Part shown: positions 1-8,900 of the stretch, piece by piece
Layout of the letters: every line of letters starts with the position of its first letter
How positions within the stretch are numbered: the stretch's first letter is position 1
Source: Moraxella nasovis
Lineage (GTDB): Bacteria > Pseudomonadota > Gammaproteobacteria > Pseudomonadales > Moraxellaceae
DNA: 32,000 nt
NCBI RefSeq assembly: GCF_022701215.1
Contig: NZ_CP089976.1
Span: 180,001 to 212,000, forward strand
Direction of reading: 5' to 3'
Translations under genes and position numbers: made by a program
The notes under the pieces: generated by a model
Seen by the model: only the letters and a program-made list of their open reading frames with translations
What the model was told of the DNA's origin: nothing
Database searches by the model: none

Positions 1-1
1 T

Positions 2-91
2 CACGTCTCACAAGCCTTGCGTGCTTATGCTCTGTTAACCACATCAGCAGATACAGGGGCGGTGCGTGATGTCACTCAGCTGGAGCGATAG
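2..91 (+). CDS. 3' end of an unidentified CDS entering from the left edge (...ALRAYALLTTSADTGAVRDVTQLER*)
   Basis: The frame is open from the window edge to TAG at 89-91. A hairpin follows at 104-130. The product cannot be recognised from 29 residues. Confidence 0.35.
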   Translation, partial: HVSQALRAYALLTTSADTGAVRDVTQLER

Positions 92-103
92 ATGATTATA
101 TAC

Positions 104-130
104 TTTGGGGTGTAGTGGTTACACCCCAAA
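104..130 (+). terminator. Hairpin downstream of the left-edge CDS (11-bp stem tttggggtgta/tacaccccaaa, 5-nt loop)
   Basis: Perfect inverted repeat read directly from the sequence. The trailing T-tract is weak (cttagttt). Confidence 0.5.
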
Positions 131-341
131 CTTAGTTTAAGGCTAAATGCTTTTATCCCATTTATCTAAGCGGTTACATGGTTGATAGATTTTGGTGACA
201 ATTTATCGTCCATTATCTGCCGACATACAAAATAATACCGCCGCCATAAATGACTAATCACTTAAAACAACGGTAGGTTAAATTACCTCATCAACCTAAT
301 ATGAATCAACATCAAGCACATTGATGAAATCCATTAAAATC

Positions 342-657
342 TTAATCAAACCGCCATGTATATACCGCATGATTGACAATCACACCATTAAGATTTTCGT
401 TATTAGGGATAATACCGTGAAACTTAAAACCTAATCGCTGTGCAACTTTGCGGCTTGGGGAGTTATGCTCAGCAGCTCGAATTTGTCACACTTTTACGCC
501 ATAGATGCGATGAGCGATATCCATTATTGCCTTAACCGCTTTGGTCATAATACCCTAGATAGTCTTTTTAAGCATGAACAATCTTGCACATTTGAATTGC
601 AAAGCGTGGATGTACTAAAGTTAATGATAAGTTATCATCTATAGGATAATAAAACAT
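342..657 (-). pseudogene. Relic of a RimJ/RimL-type GNAT N-acetyltransferase
   Basis: The minus strand gives MFYYPIDDNLSLTLVHPRFAIQMCKIVHA*. After a frame change it gives *GIMTKAVKAIMDIAHRIYGVKV*QIRAAEHNSPSRKVAQRLGFKFHGIIPNNENLNGVIVNHAVYTWRFD*. The N- and C-terminal GNAT blocks are present and the central part is missing. In-frame stops lie at 555-557 (TAG) and 486-488 (TGA). Confidence 0.7.
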
Positions 658-852
658 ATTTTTTGCTTCTTTATGTGTGGCAGCGATGAGTTCATCTGTT
701 AAAACACAGCATAATAGTAACTTTTTTTTAACAAATAGCTGTATAAAAATTAACAAACAAAACATAGTTATAGACAAAGCCTTAATCCAAACAAGATAAT
801 ATTGACTTTTCATTAACCAATCTTATCACAGCCATCACCACTTAACCTATTA

Positions 853-866
853 AAGCTTATAAGCTT
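853..866. repeat. Perfect 14-bp palindrome aagcttataagctt
   Basis: Self-complementary by direct reading. It lies in the AT-rich spacer 814-1051. Confidence 0.9.
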
Positions 867-935
867 AGGGTGTTTTTGCTTGTGGTAAGTAAAAGTGTTT
901 TTATTTTAAGCAAATAGGCGTCTCTTACGCTGCTT

Positions 936-965
936 TTTATAAAGTTTTAGTTTATAAAGTTTTAG
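936..965. repeat. Two tandem copies of the 15-bp unit tttataaagttttag
   Basis: Exact tandem duplication read directly (936-950 and 951-965). Confidence 0.9.
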
Positions 966-1051
966 TTATTCTTAGTATGTCTTTTTTAATTTATTATTTT
1001 ATTAAAAATTTTATTAATAACAACAATTTAGTGGTATAAAGATTTTTAAAT

Positions 1052-1861
1052 TTAAAATAAGTTTTTTTCGGTCAAATATTTCCAATAGCGTCTTGGCAGA
1101 TACTGAATGTGTAATTTGGGATTTTTTCGCTCTTTGATTGTTACATGGGTAAAGTATTTTTGCCAAAGATGTTGGTACTTTTTTTCATATTCGCTATGGA
1201 AATCATGTGGGCGTACCAAAGCATTTTCATCAACGTCAGTAATCAGTTGTACCTCAGCGTTCGGGTCATCTTTATCATAAAAAATACCATAACCACGCTT
1301 GACATCAAAGATTGCCCAACTTTGGTCAGCATAACGGTTCTTAAAATGATTAGACAGCAGTGGTAAGACATTAAAATCTGGCTCAACTCTAGCAAAATAC
1401 ACATCTTGCTCCATATGCTCAAACCGCACAAAAGCTTGCATTCGGTGGCGTTCTCGCCCAACCATCTTAATCAATTTTAAAACAGGCATTACATCAGTGT
1501 GCGTATAATCTTGCCACACATTGACATCTGGGCAAGCCAACTGATAACGCACTACCCCAAATAAATGACCATAGACAGTTGGCTGCTCGGATAAGAACGC
1601 CCATAATAATTGCCTAAAACCATTGTTACCAAACACGCTTTTAAGTTTATGACTAACCCTTTTGGCTTTATCCACATCACTTTTTACCACAAAAGTTGTT
1701 TGCCAAAGATTTGGTAAAAAGTCATGTTCAGCGATGATTGATATAATCTGAGCGTGCTGCCAATGATTCTCATACACAGCAAAAACAGCGGTCAGCCAGC
1801 CTTCAAAACTGCCGTCAAAAACCACTATCGGCGGCTCAACAATCGCAACTGAATTTGACAT
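1052..1861 (-). CDS. DUF4130 / TIGR03915-family putative DNA-metabolism protein, stand-alone form without a UDG domain
   Basis: 269-aa ORF. Family-typical blocks are VVFDGSFEGWLTAVFAVYE at the N-terminus and FVRFEH...VYFARVEPDFNVLPLLSNHFKNRYADQSWAIFDVKRGYGIFYD. The ATG lies 9 nt after the stop of the upstream radical-SAM gene. Confidence 0.85.
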   Translation of the reverse strand: MSNSVAIVEPPIVVFDGSFEGWLTAVFAVYENHWQHAQIISIIAEHDFLPNLWQTTFVVKSDVDKAKRVSHKLKSVFGNNGFRQLLWAFLSEQPTVYGHLFGVVRYQLACPDVNVWQDYTHTDVMPVLKLIKMVGRERHRMQAFVRFEHMEQDVYFARVEPDFNVLPLLSNHFKNRYADQSWAIFDVKRGYGIFYDKDDPNAEVQLITDVDENALVRPHDFHSEYEKKYQHLWQKYFTHVTIKERKNPKLHIQYLPRRYWKYLTEKNLF

Positions 1862-1870
1862 ACTTTAAAT

Positions 1871-3136
1871 CTAAAACAACGTTAACTGCCCATGACGCTC
1901 ATCTTTGAACTTGGTTTGCGTTTGGGCGAGTATATATTGGCGAAAATTATCTTGGGTCAAATGAACCAAGTGTTCATTACGACCCCGTAAGGCGATAAAA
2001 TATTTGGCACGATTGACCGCCGCCCCCATTTGTTTAAGATGATCAAGCGTGAGCGTGGTAAATTTGCGAGCAGTAACGATTTTTTTGGCGGTGCGAGTGC
2101 CAATTCCCGGTATTCTCACAATCATCTTGTACGGAGCGGTTTGGATATTGACAGGAAAATGCTGACGATGGCGAATCGCCCAAGCCAGCTTTGGGTCGCA
2201 GTCAAGGTCAAGAAAAGGACTGTCGCTTGGCAGAATTTCTTCAGCCTCAAACCCATAAAATCGCATAAGCCAATCGGCTTGATACAGGCGGTTTTCACGC
2301 ACCATCGGTACAGGCGTACCAATCGCAGGCAGACGGCTGTCAGTCAGCATCGGCACATAGCCTGAGTAATACACTCGTTTTAAATCGTATTGTTTATAAA
2401 AATGACTAGATAGACGGATAATCTGTAAATCTGTTTCTTTGGTAGCACCGACAATAAATTGGGTGCTTTGCCCAGCAGGCGTATATTTTGGGGCGTGCTT
2501 ATGCTGTTTCCGGCTTTCTTTAAACACCACGATTTGCTCTTGCACCGTTTTCATTGGGGCTTTCATATCATCGTGATTTTTTTCAGGAGCAAGCAGTGCT
2601 AGACCTGACTTGGTTGGGATTTCCATATTTACGCTTAAGCGGTCAGCATACAGCCCCGCTTCTTGCATCAGTTCATCAGACGCACCAGGAATGGTCTTTA
2701 GGTGGATATAGCCATTAAATTTATGAATGGTGCGTAACTCCTTTGCTACTCTCACCAGTCGCTCCATGGTATAATCAGGCGACTTAAAAATACCTGAGCT
2801 TAAAAATAAGCCTTCAATATAATTTCGCCGATAAAACTGCATGGTCAAATCAACCACTTCTTCTACTGTAAAAGCCGCTCGTGGTGTGTCATGGCTTCGC
2901 CGTGATGTGCAGTAAGCACAGTCATAGATACAATGATTGGTAAATAAAATCTTAAGTAGTGATACGCAGCGACCATCTTCGGTATAGCTGTGGCAAATAC
3001 CTGAAACTGATGAGTCGCCCAAGCCTTTGTTGTGGTTTTTGCGGTTGCCGCCGCTTGATGAACAAGATACATCATATTTGGCGGCATCGGCAAGAATGGC
3101 AAGTTTATCTTTTAGGCGGTCATAGTTCATGCTCAT
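1871..3136 (-). CDS. Putative DNA modification/repair radical SAM protein (TIGR03916-like)
   Basis: 421-aa ORF. It has the AAKYDVSCSSSG N-terminal block, the radical-SAM Cys triad CIYDCAYC (CxxxCxxC), and a C-terminal helix-hairpin-helix-like IPGIGTRTAKKIV. It is paired with a DUF4130 gene. Confidence 0.9.
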   Translation of the reverse strand: MSMNYDRLKDKLAILADAAKYDVSCSSSGGNRKNHNKGLGDSSVSGICHSYTEDGRCVSLLKILFTNHCIYDCAYCTSRRSHDTPRAAFTVEEVVDLTMQFYRRNYIEGLFLSSGIFKSPDYTMERLVRVAKELRTIHKFNGYIHLKTIPGASDELMQEAGLYADRLSVNMEIPTKSGLALLAPEKNHDDMKAPMKTVQEQIVVFKESRKQHKHAPKYTPAGQSTQFIVGATKETDLQIIRLSSHFYKQYDLKRVYYSGYVPMLTDSRLPAIGTPVPMVRENRLYQADWLMRFYGFEAEEILPSDSPFLDLDCDPKLAWAIRHRQHFPVNIQTAPYKMIVRIPGIGTRTAKKIVTARKFTTLTLDHLKQMGAAVNRAKYFIALRGRNEHLVHLTQDNFRQYILAQTQTKFKDERHGQLTLF

Positions 3137-3157
3137 TATCCAAATTTTTTATTGAAC

Positions 3158-3185
3158 ATTTTACAAATAATTAAAAAAAATTCAA
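3158..3185 (-). promoter_or_regulatory. Candidate sigma70 promoter of the radical-SAM operon (TTGAAT-16 nt-TAAAAT)
   Basis: Minus-strand reading: the -35 ttgaat corresponds to + 3180-3185 and the -10 taaaat to + 3158-3163. The spacer contains a T8 run. The start codon is at 3136. Confidence 0.4.
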
Positions 3186-3504
3186 TAGCTTACCGCTAAA
3201 AACAACAAGTGATAAGCCATCATATCCGCTGTGTATTAGCTGATGGTTACGCCTATCGCCAAAGCCACAAACAAAGTATCACAAACCTTTTTAGCTATCG
3301 CCCTTTTAGTTATCACGCAATCATCAACAAAACTGCTACAAACTTTGGCAATGCTCAGATAAAAGCAGTACCCATGCTAATCTAAAATGTCATTTTCCCC
3401 AAAACTATGAGCTTATAAATATGTGGGGCGGTAAAATTGACGGATAAATGAAAATGAGTTATATTGTCATCTTAGCAACTTACTACTTACTAAAGGAAAA
3501 ATGT

Positions 3505-4044
3505 ATGAAAAAACTTGCCATCGCCCTACTTTCCATCAGTTTATTTACAAGCTCTGCGGTTGCCAAAACCCCAAGCGATAGCTCACTTATCAAATTAGCA
3601 CAGCTACAAGACCTAGACAAACAAATAGAAGTTGGTGTTTATGCCGCCTTACATAGTCAGCGCATGGCATTTGAAGAGTTAGTTGAGCAAAATAACACCA
3701 TCACCGCCGACCAAAAAAGACGTATCGGTGATGTATTTGAAAAATACACTCGACAAACGGCAAGCTCCTTTCTCAACGATACTGAATTTAAAAAACAAAA
3801 CCTAGATGCCTTTATTGCAGCTGCTAAAGCCAGTTACACTCAAGCTGAAGTAGATGCGTATAATCAATTTCTTTCTACTAAAGAAGGTCAAAGCATCACC
3901 AAAAAGTTAGAAAAAGTATCGTCAGAGTATCTTGCCAATCTAAACCATATCTTTGGAGCTCTTATAGCACCATCAAATAATCCAGAAAATGCTAAATTAC
4001 AAGCCAAAATGCAGCAAGAGATTTTTGCGATTTTAGCAGAATGA
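3505..4044 (+). CDS. Exported hypothetical protein, DUF2059-like
   Basis: An internal ATG at 3505 is preceded by aagga at 7-nt spacing. The signal peptide is MKKLAIALLSISLFTSSAVA. YTQAEVDAYNQFLSTKEGQSITKKL resembles the DUF2059 motif. The longer track start at 3448 lacks a signal-peptide context. Confidence 0.6.
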   Translation: MKKLAIALLSISLFTSSAVAKTPSDSSLIKLAQLQDLDKQIEVGVYAALHSQRMAFEELVEQNNTITADQKRRIGDVFEKYTRQTASSFLNDTEFKKQNLDAFIAAAKASYTQAEVDAYNQFLSTKEGQSITKKLEKVSSEYLANLNHIFGALIAPSNNPENAKLQAKMQQEIFAILAE

Positions 4045-4051
4045 TGAAATA

Positions 4052-4082
4052 AAATCAGTCCTAAATAAGGGCTGATTTTTTA
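4052..4082 (+). terminator. Rho-independent terminator (aaatcagtcc...gggctgattt followed by a T-run)
   Basis: Stem-loop followed by tttttt, immediately after the stop at 4044. Confidence 0.75.
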
Positions 4083-4200
4083 TGATAGATGTCATGGTAA
4101 GGCATCTTGATAAGTTCTTGGTGTCAATAACGACAAGGATATCAGCTGTATGATGAGCATATATATTACGCACATCAAGCGACTTAGTAACACTCTCAAC

Positions 4201-5226
4201 CTAAGCCTTTATAAAACTACGAATGCCACTAACACCCCACGCTCCATAGCGTTGGCAAAGTGCCAAATCGCTTGGGGCTAATCCACCTAATGCCATGACA
4301 GGCACATTGCAAAAACGAGCAAGTTTACCAAATTTCTCAAATCCAAGTGCCGCAGCATCAGGGTGGGTGGCAGTGGGCTGAACCGGAGAGACGAAAGCCC
4401 CTAAGACGGTTATTTTTTCAGACAGCTGATTTAGTTTCATGACACTATCACCATCATGACAGCTTGCCATAATCGGTGGTAAACCTACCAAATCATCAGC
4501 ACAGCACGCCATTAGCTCATCTTGGGTTAGGCACACTGCCAAAATATTAGATGATTTAGGCTCTGGCAGGCTTTTATAACTTTGTAAGGGTAAAAACAGT
4601 GGCACATCAGCTCTAGCTTGGCTGATGTCATAAATGACTTGTTGCTCGATAGCTTTATCGCATTTTAATCGCAGATATAACGCTGTCTGTGCAGGGAGTG
4701 ATTGATAAGTAACAATACAATCATCAATCGTGTCAAACGCCGCCAACTCATGGGAAATAGCCACTACCTTAGGGAGCGTCAGCCATGTCAAAATCGGCTG
4801 ATTAGCGGCTGGCAGACGATGTCGTACTGCCACCAATTCATCAAAATCAAGCCACGTTAAAGGCTGATTTTCTTTACCAAGCCTTTGGTTTTTAAGACTG
4901 TCATACTGAGTATCGTTTAGCTCAACCAAAAAAACATGCAACTGTACCGCCCTATCTTCGTAACGATGGCAGATACGTCCCATCTTAACTGCTTGGCGTG
5001 CAGCCACATCAAGTCCAAGCTCTTCTTGCAGCTCTCGCACTAAAGCTAACACAGGGCTCTCTGATTTGTTGATTTTACCGCCGACAAACTCAAGCTTACC
5101 ACCCTGATGCTGATGGGTGTGGCGAGTTGCCAATAAAAATTTATCGCCATAAGTTAGCACAGCAATAGCAACTGATATCGTCTTTAAGTTAATGTGTTGT
5201 TGGTTTATCTGGCACAGCATATGCAT
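4201..5226 (-). CDS. Nudix (MutT-like) hydrolase fused to a thiamine-phosphate-synthase-like (TenI/ThiE-fold) domain
   Basis: Complete Nudix box GKINKSESPVLALVRELQEELGL (Gx5Ex7REUxEExGU). The C-terminal half ends in VPVMALGGL...GAWGVSGIRSF, which is typical of the ThiE/TenI fold. Confidence 0.85.
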   Translation of the reverse strand: MHMLCQINQQHINLKTISVAIAVLTYGDKFLLATRHTHQHQGGKLEFVGGKINKSESPVLALVRELQEELGLDVAARQAVKMGRICHRYEDRAVQLHVFLVELNDTQYDSLKNQRLGKENQPLTWLDFDELVAVRHRLPAANQPILTWLTLPKVVAISHELAAFDTIDDCIVTYQSLPAQTALYLRLKCDKAIEQQVIYDISQARADVPLFLPLQSYKSLPEPKSSNILAVCLTQDELMACCADDLVGLPPIMASCHDGDSVMKLNQLSEKITVLGAFVSPVQPTATHPDAAALGFEKFGKLARFCNVPVMALGGLAPSDLALCQRYGAWGVSGIRSFIKA

Positions 5227-5547
5227 CCTTTATCATCTTATTTAGTATCTTATTTAACATTAGGCTTATCTATAACTTTATCATGTAAACAGTTATAAAT
5301 GACAGTGCATTGATGGTTTTTGTTTTACTTAAATTATTTTAAAAATCTTTATTTTTAAGTAAAAACAGCAAAGCTTACAATCTTTTATTAAAGCTTGTAA
5401 ACGCAGTAGGTGTCATTGACAAACCCCACTTAGGACTGACTTACATTTATCTTATTTTTTAAACCAAAGATAAGGCTTAATGCCTAAAAAAATAATAAAA
5501 AAATAAAAATTTAGTTTACTTTTTTAAAATCCTTTGCTATTATGATT

Positions 5548-5589
5548 ATAAATGATAATTATTATTATATATTAATAAGTATCATTTTA
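5548..5589. promoter_or_regulatory. Two adjacent Fur-box-like sites upstream of hemP
   Basis: 5548-5566 (ataaatgataattattatt) matches GATAATGATAATCATTATC at 14 of 19 positions by hand alignment. 5571-5589 matches at 12 of 19. Confidence 0.5.
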
Positions 5590-5675
5590 TTGAGACAACT
5601 TGAGCAATCTTTAACAAAGTTTAGCCAATGTGGCTCAGGAAAAAACCTGCAACCCACTTTATAAGGAATATCGCC

Positions 5676-5843
5676 ATGACTATGACCATCGCTCGCTATT
5701 TTAGCAATCGTGAAAGCACTCGCCTGCCGACACTGCACTCACAAAACCTATTTGCCATGACCAAGGAAGTCCGCATTGAACATCAAGGAGAAGAGTATCG
5801 CTTACGCTTAACTCGTAATAACCGCCTTATTCTCACCAAATAA
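5676..5843 (+). CDS. hemP: Hemin uptake protein HemP/HmuP family
   Basis: 55 aa counted from the ATG at 5676, with aagga 8 nt upstream. The C-terminus VRIEHQGEEYRLRLTRNNRLILTK matches the HemP signature (...Y.LR.T..GKLILTK). Confidence 0.8.
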   Translation: MTMTIARYFSNRESTRLPTLHSQNLFAMTKEVRIEHQGEEYRLRLTRNNRLILTK

Positions 5844-5866
5844 CCCATGCGTTTTGGTCAATGGAT

Positions 5867-5895
5867 AAAAGCACCGACATTGCTCGGTGCTTTTT
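5867..5895. terminator. Bidirectional terminator between hemP (+) and tamB (-)
   Basis: 11-bp stem aaaagcaccga/tcggtgctttt, A-run on one side and T-run on the other. Confidence 0.8.
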
Positions 5896-5914
5896 GATTT
5901 TATGCCACTTCTTA

Positions 5915-8900
5915 CTAAAATTTCCAGCGATAAATGACATCTACTGTATTCTCGGTGGCACTCGTAGCCTCAACATAAATACGACGAGTCAGCTGATAAC
6001 GCATGGATAATACCGAATCAGCATTAAACACACCAACGCCATAGCGAATGTATAAGTCTGGTGAAATATAACCTGTAACATTTACACTTGTATCTTGGGC
6101 ATTACCTGACGCATCGACGGTTAAGCTCTGAAGTCCTAAAGCCTGACCAATGGAGTTAGTCAGATTACGAGTGCCAGACAGACCAAAGCTTAGCCCTGCT
6201 GCCACCAAGTTGTTTGTAACTTGCGAGCGAAAACCTTGTTTTGAGATTTGTGAATCAGCAGCTTCACTGATGCGTCCTGTTACCAAGGCACTCATCGCCT
6301 GCTGTTCGCTTAATCCAGCGTCATTATACACAGTGATGGCAGGGTCGCTCGCCATGCCACGCACACGCACACCTACTGTCTTACCCTCAATTTGTTTTTC
6401 ACCCTCTATTGACAATCTAGGATTTGTAATATCACCACCGTTAAAGCGAATTTGGGCATAATTAAGCTCAAGGTTTTGGCCAATGCCATCAATCTTAGCA
6501 CGCTCTGACACCTGAATAACGCCCAAGCCATGCAGCCCGCCCTGTCCTTCTTGGGTGATGTGCAATGCCCCTGCTAAAGGCAGTTTTGCACCAAATCCAC
6601 GAAACACGACATCGTTACCTAAGTCTAAGCCAAGATCTACGTTAATGCTCCATGGCTTGACAGTAGACAGTACTTTATCCACATTGCCTGAGTTTCGGCG
6701 GTCAAGCACGGTAACATCTGGCGACTCTACAACGATGTCTTCGCTTGCCTCTGGCGGTCTGATGGTTGCTACTGGTACAGATACCACACCTTTAATATCT
6801 ACGTATTTTTCAGAAGGTCTAACCACCACCTCAACATCTGGACTAATCTGGGCTGTTAATAATGGCGGTTTTACCACATCTAAATTTTCGCCAGCAATGC
6901 GTACTTTAGCCTGTATGTCATCTTGCCAATCTGCCTGACCTGCAACTTGTGCCTGACCTTGACCGCTAAATAAACTCCCCTCAATCGTGGCGTTTTTACC
7001 TCGAATCTTAGCATCTAGATTGATTTTTTGGAGATTGACAGGTAGTCCTGCGATGGCAACATTTCCATCTTTTAAAGACGCATTGCCATAAAATAATGGG
7101 TTTGATAACGTGCCACCCACACCGCCTGCTGCACTCGCCTCCCCAGATAAGGTTTGCAGTTCAGGGAAAAATGGGCCCAAAACAGCTAAATTTATGTTAT
7201 TAACAACCAAAGCACCTGTGATAGGCTTAGTTTGTTTAAATGGATCAACCACGACGTCAACATAACCACGCCCCACCGCTCCTGCAATATCCGTTCTAAG
7301 CTTAAGCCCTTCGGGGACGCTGTGTGCAATAACAGAGACCCTATCATAAGGCATGTCAGTATAACCGACATCTTCTTGATGCACACCAATACGCCCATGA
7401 TCTGAATACAGCACAGCATTAATCGTAGGGTTTGTGCCTTTTTGCCAATGTGCCTGCACCTTGCCATTTAATACAGACTGCCAAGTGATGTCTTTGGGCA
7501 TCGCAAAATCAAGCACAGAAGTATCTAGGTTTTGGATAATTGCGTTAACGTGACCGCCATTTGGTGTGTAGCTTAAAGTGTCTTTAAAGCATAATGAGCC
7601 TTGGGTGCTATTTGCGCTAAGCGACTGCCAACAATGAGAAGCAAGCTGAACTTTAGTGTCTTCAATACCAACATCAAATTCGGCTGGCTGATTTTGAATA
7701 AATTTTCCTTGCTTGGTGTAAATCTTAGCGTCACTTAACACGCCTGCATAATGCATCGTTTGACGATTAAGACCGCCTGTCACCTTAGCCTGCAAGTCAG
7801 CGGTCGCCCCTTGTGCTTTAATCGCAAGCTTATGCTCGCTTTCAATTCCTTCAAAATCTACACGCACTGCTTTTAGGACGCGCCCAAAAGCAACAACGTC
7901 CGTTGCCTTTAGTATAAGCTGACTGTTAGAATTACCCAGATTGACAATCTTTCCAAGCACGCTAGCATCTTGGATAATAATACCCGCCACACGCACCCCA
8001 CTTGCAATCAAGTCAATATAAACCGATGGCAAGGCACGTCCGTCATCTATTAAGATAAGACCGCCATCTACCTTACCACGAGCGTCGGTAATATATTGGC
8101 TAAGATCTTGGATACTCACACTGGTAACAAATCTTTGCTTATTACCATTCATTGAAATAAAGTCATTGCCCATACGGACGTTTAGATGGTTGGCATTTAA
8201 AGAGCGAACGATACCTTGGGCTTGACGTGCTTTGTCGTCAATCACCCCCCTTAAGCCTAGCAACTGTTCTGTTGATTTTGACTTGGTTGCTTGTTTAAGT
8301 TCATTTAAATAGGCTGTCAAATCTTTTGGTAAAACCAAATGGGCATATAGCGAACCTGATGCACTTACTGGCTTTTTATTATAACTGCCTTGAACATTTA
8401 GATCTTCAATCGCTACAATCTGAGCGTCATTATCCCATCTTCCATGAGTACGCAGTCCGCCTGTGATGTTACTAGATGAGCTTGGCAAGAACATACCTAT
8501 ATTAAAGTTTTTGGCAGCTGCCATCACATTCCACTGGTAGCCACGGCTAATATCCACCCATCCTGTCGCAGACAGACTGCTGTCACCATGATTAAAATTT
8601 AGCTGGCTGATGTTAAATTTGTTATTATCACCTGTCAAATCCAGTCTAAGGTTGCCGTTTTTGATGGTATCATTGGTTATCTGTCCGTTAAACTTTGCAA
8701 CAACGTTACTTAATGCGTCGTTTTTATAACGCCCAGAGCTGATTAATCGCCCATTTAAAATTGCTGCAAACTCAGGCTTATCGGCAAATCGCTTCGTATC
8801 CACCCCGTCTAAATCTGCCACCACATTCCAAGCCACGCCATCTGTCATCTGTACACTGCCAGATGCCAACACAGCACCAAAATCCCCTTTGGCATTAAGC

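Noticed and set aside
568-813. 81-aa track ORF as a genuine small membrane protein
   Set aside because: Its last 29 residues are the N-terminus of the decayed GNAT gene. The first 52 codons are AT-rich upstream sequence with no SD. It is treated as part of the pseudogene region.
1145-3174. Short ORFs overlapping the DUF4130 and radical-SAM genes (1145..1366+, 1243..1461-, 2030..2365+, 2122..2322-, 2863..3102-, 2959..3174+)
   Set aside because: They are shadow frames inside well-supported family-typical CDSs, with odd composition and no SD.
3200-3230. LexA/SOS box upstream of the radical-SAM operon (ctgtgtattagctgatgg)
   Set aside because: It has CTGT but no ACAG at N8 spacing, so it does not fit the CTGT-N8-ACAG consensus.
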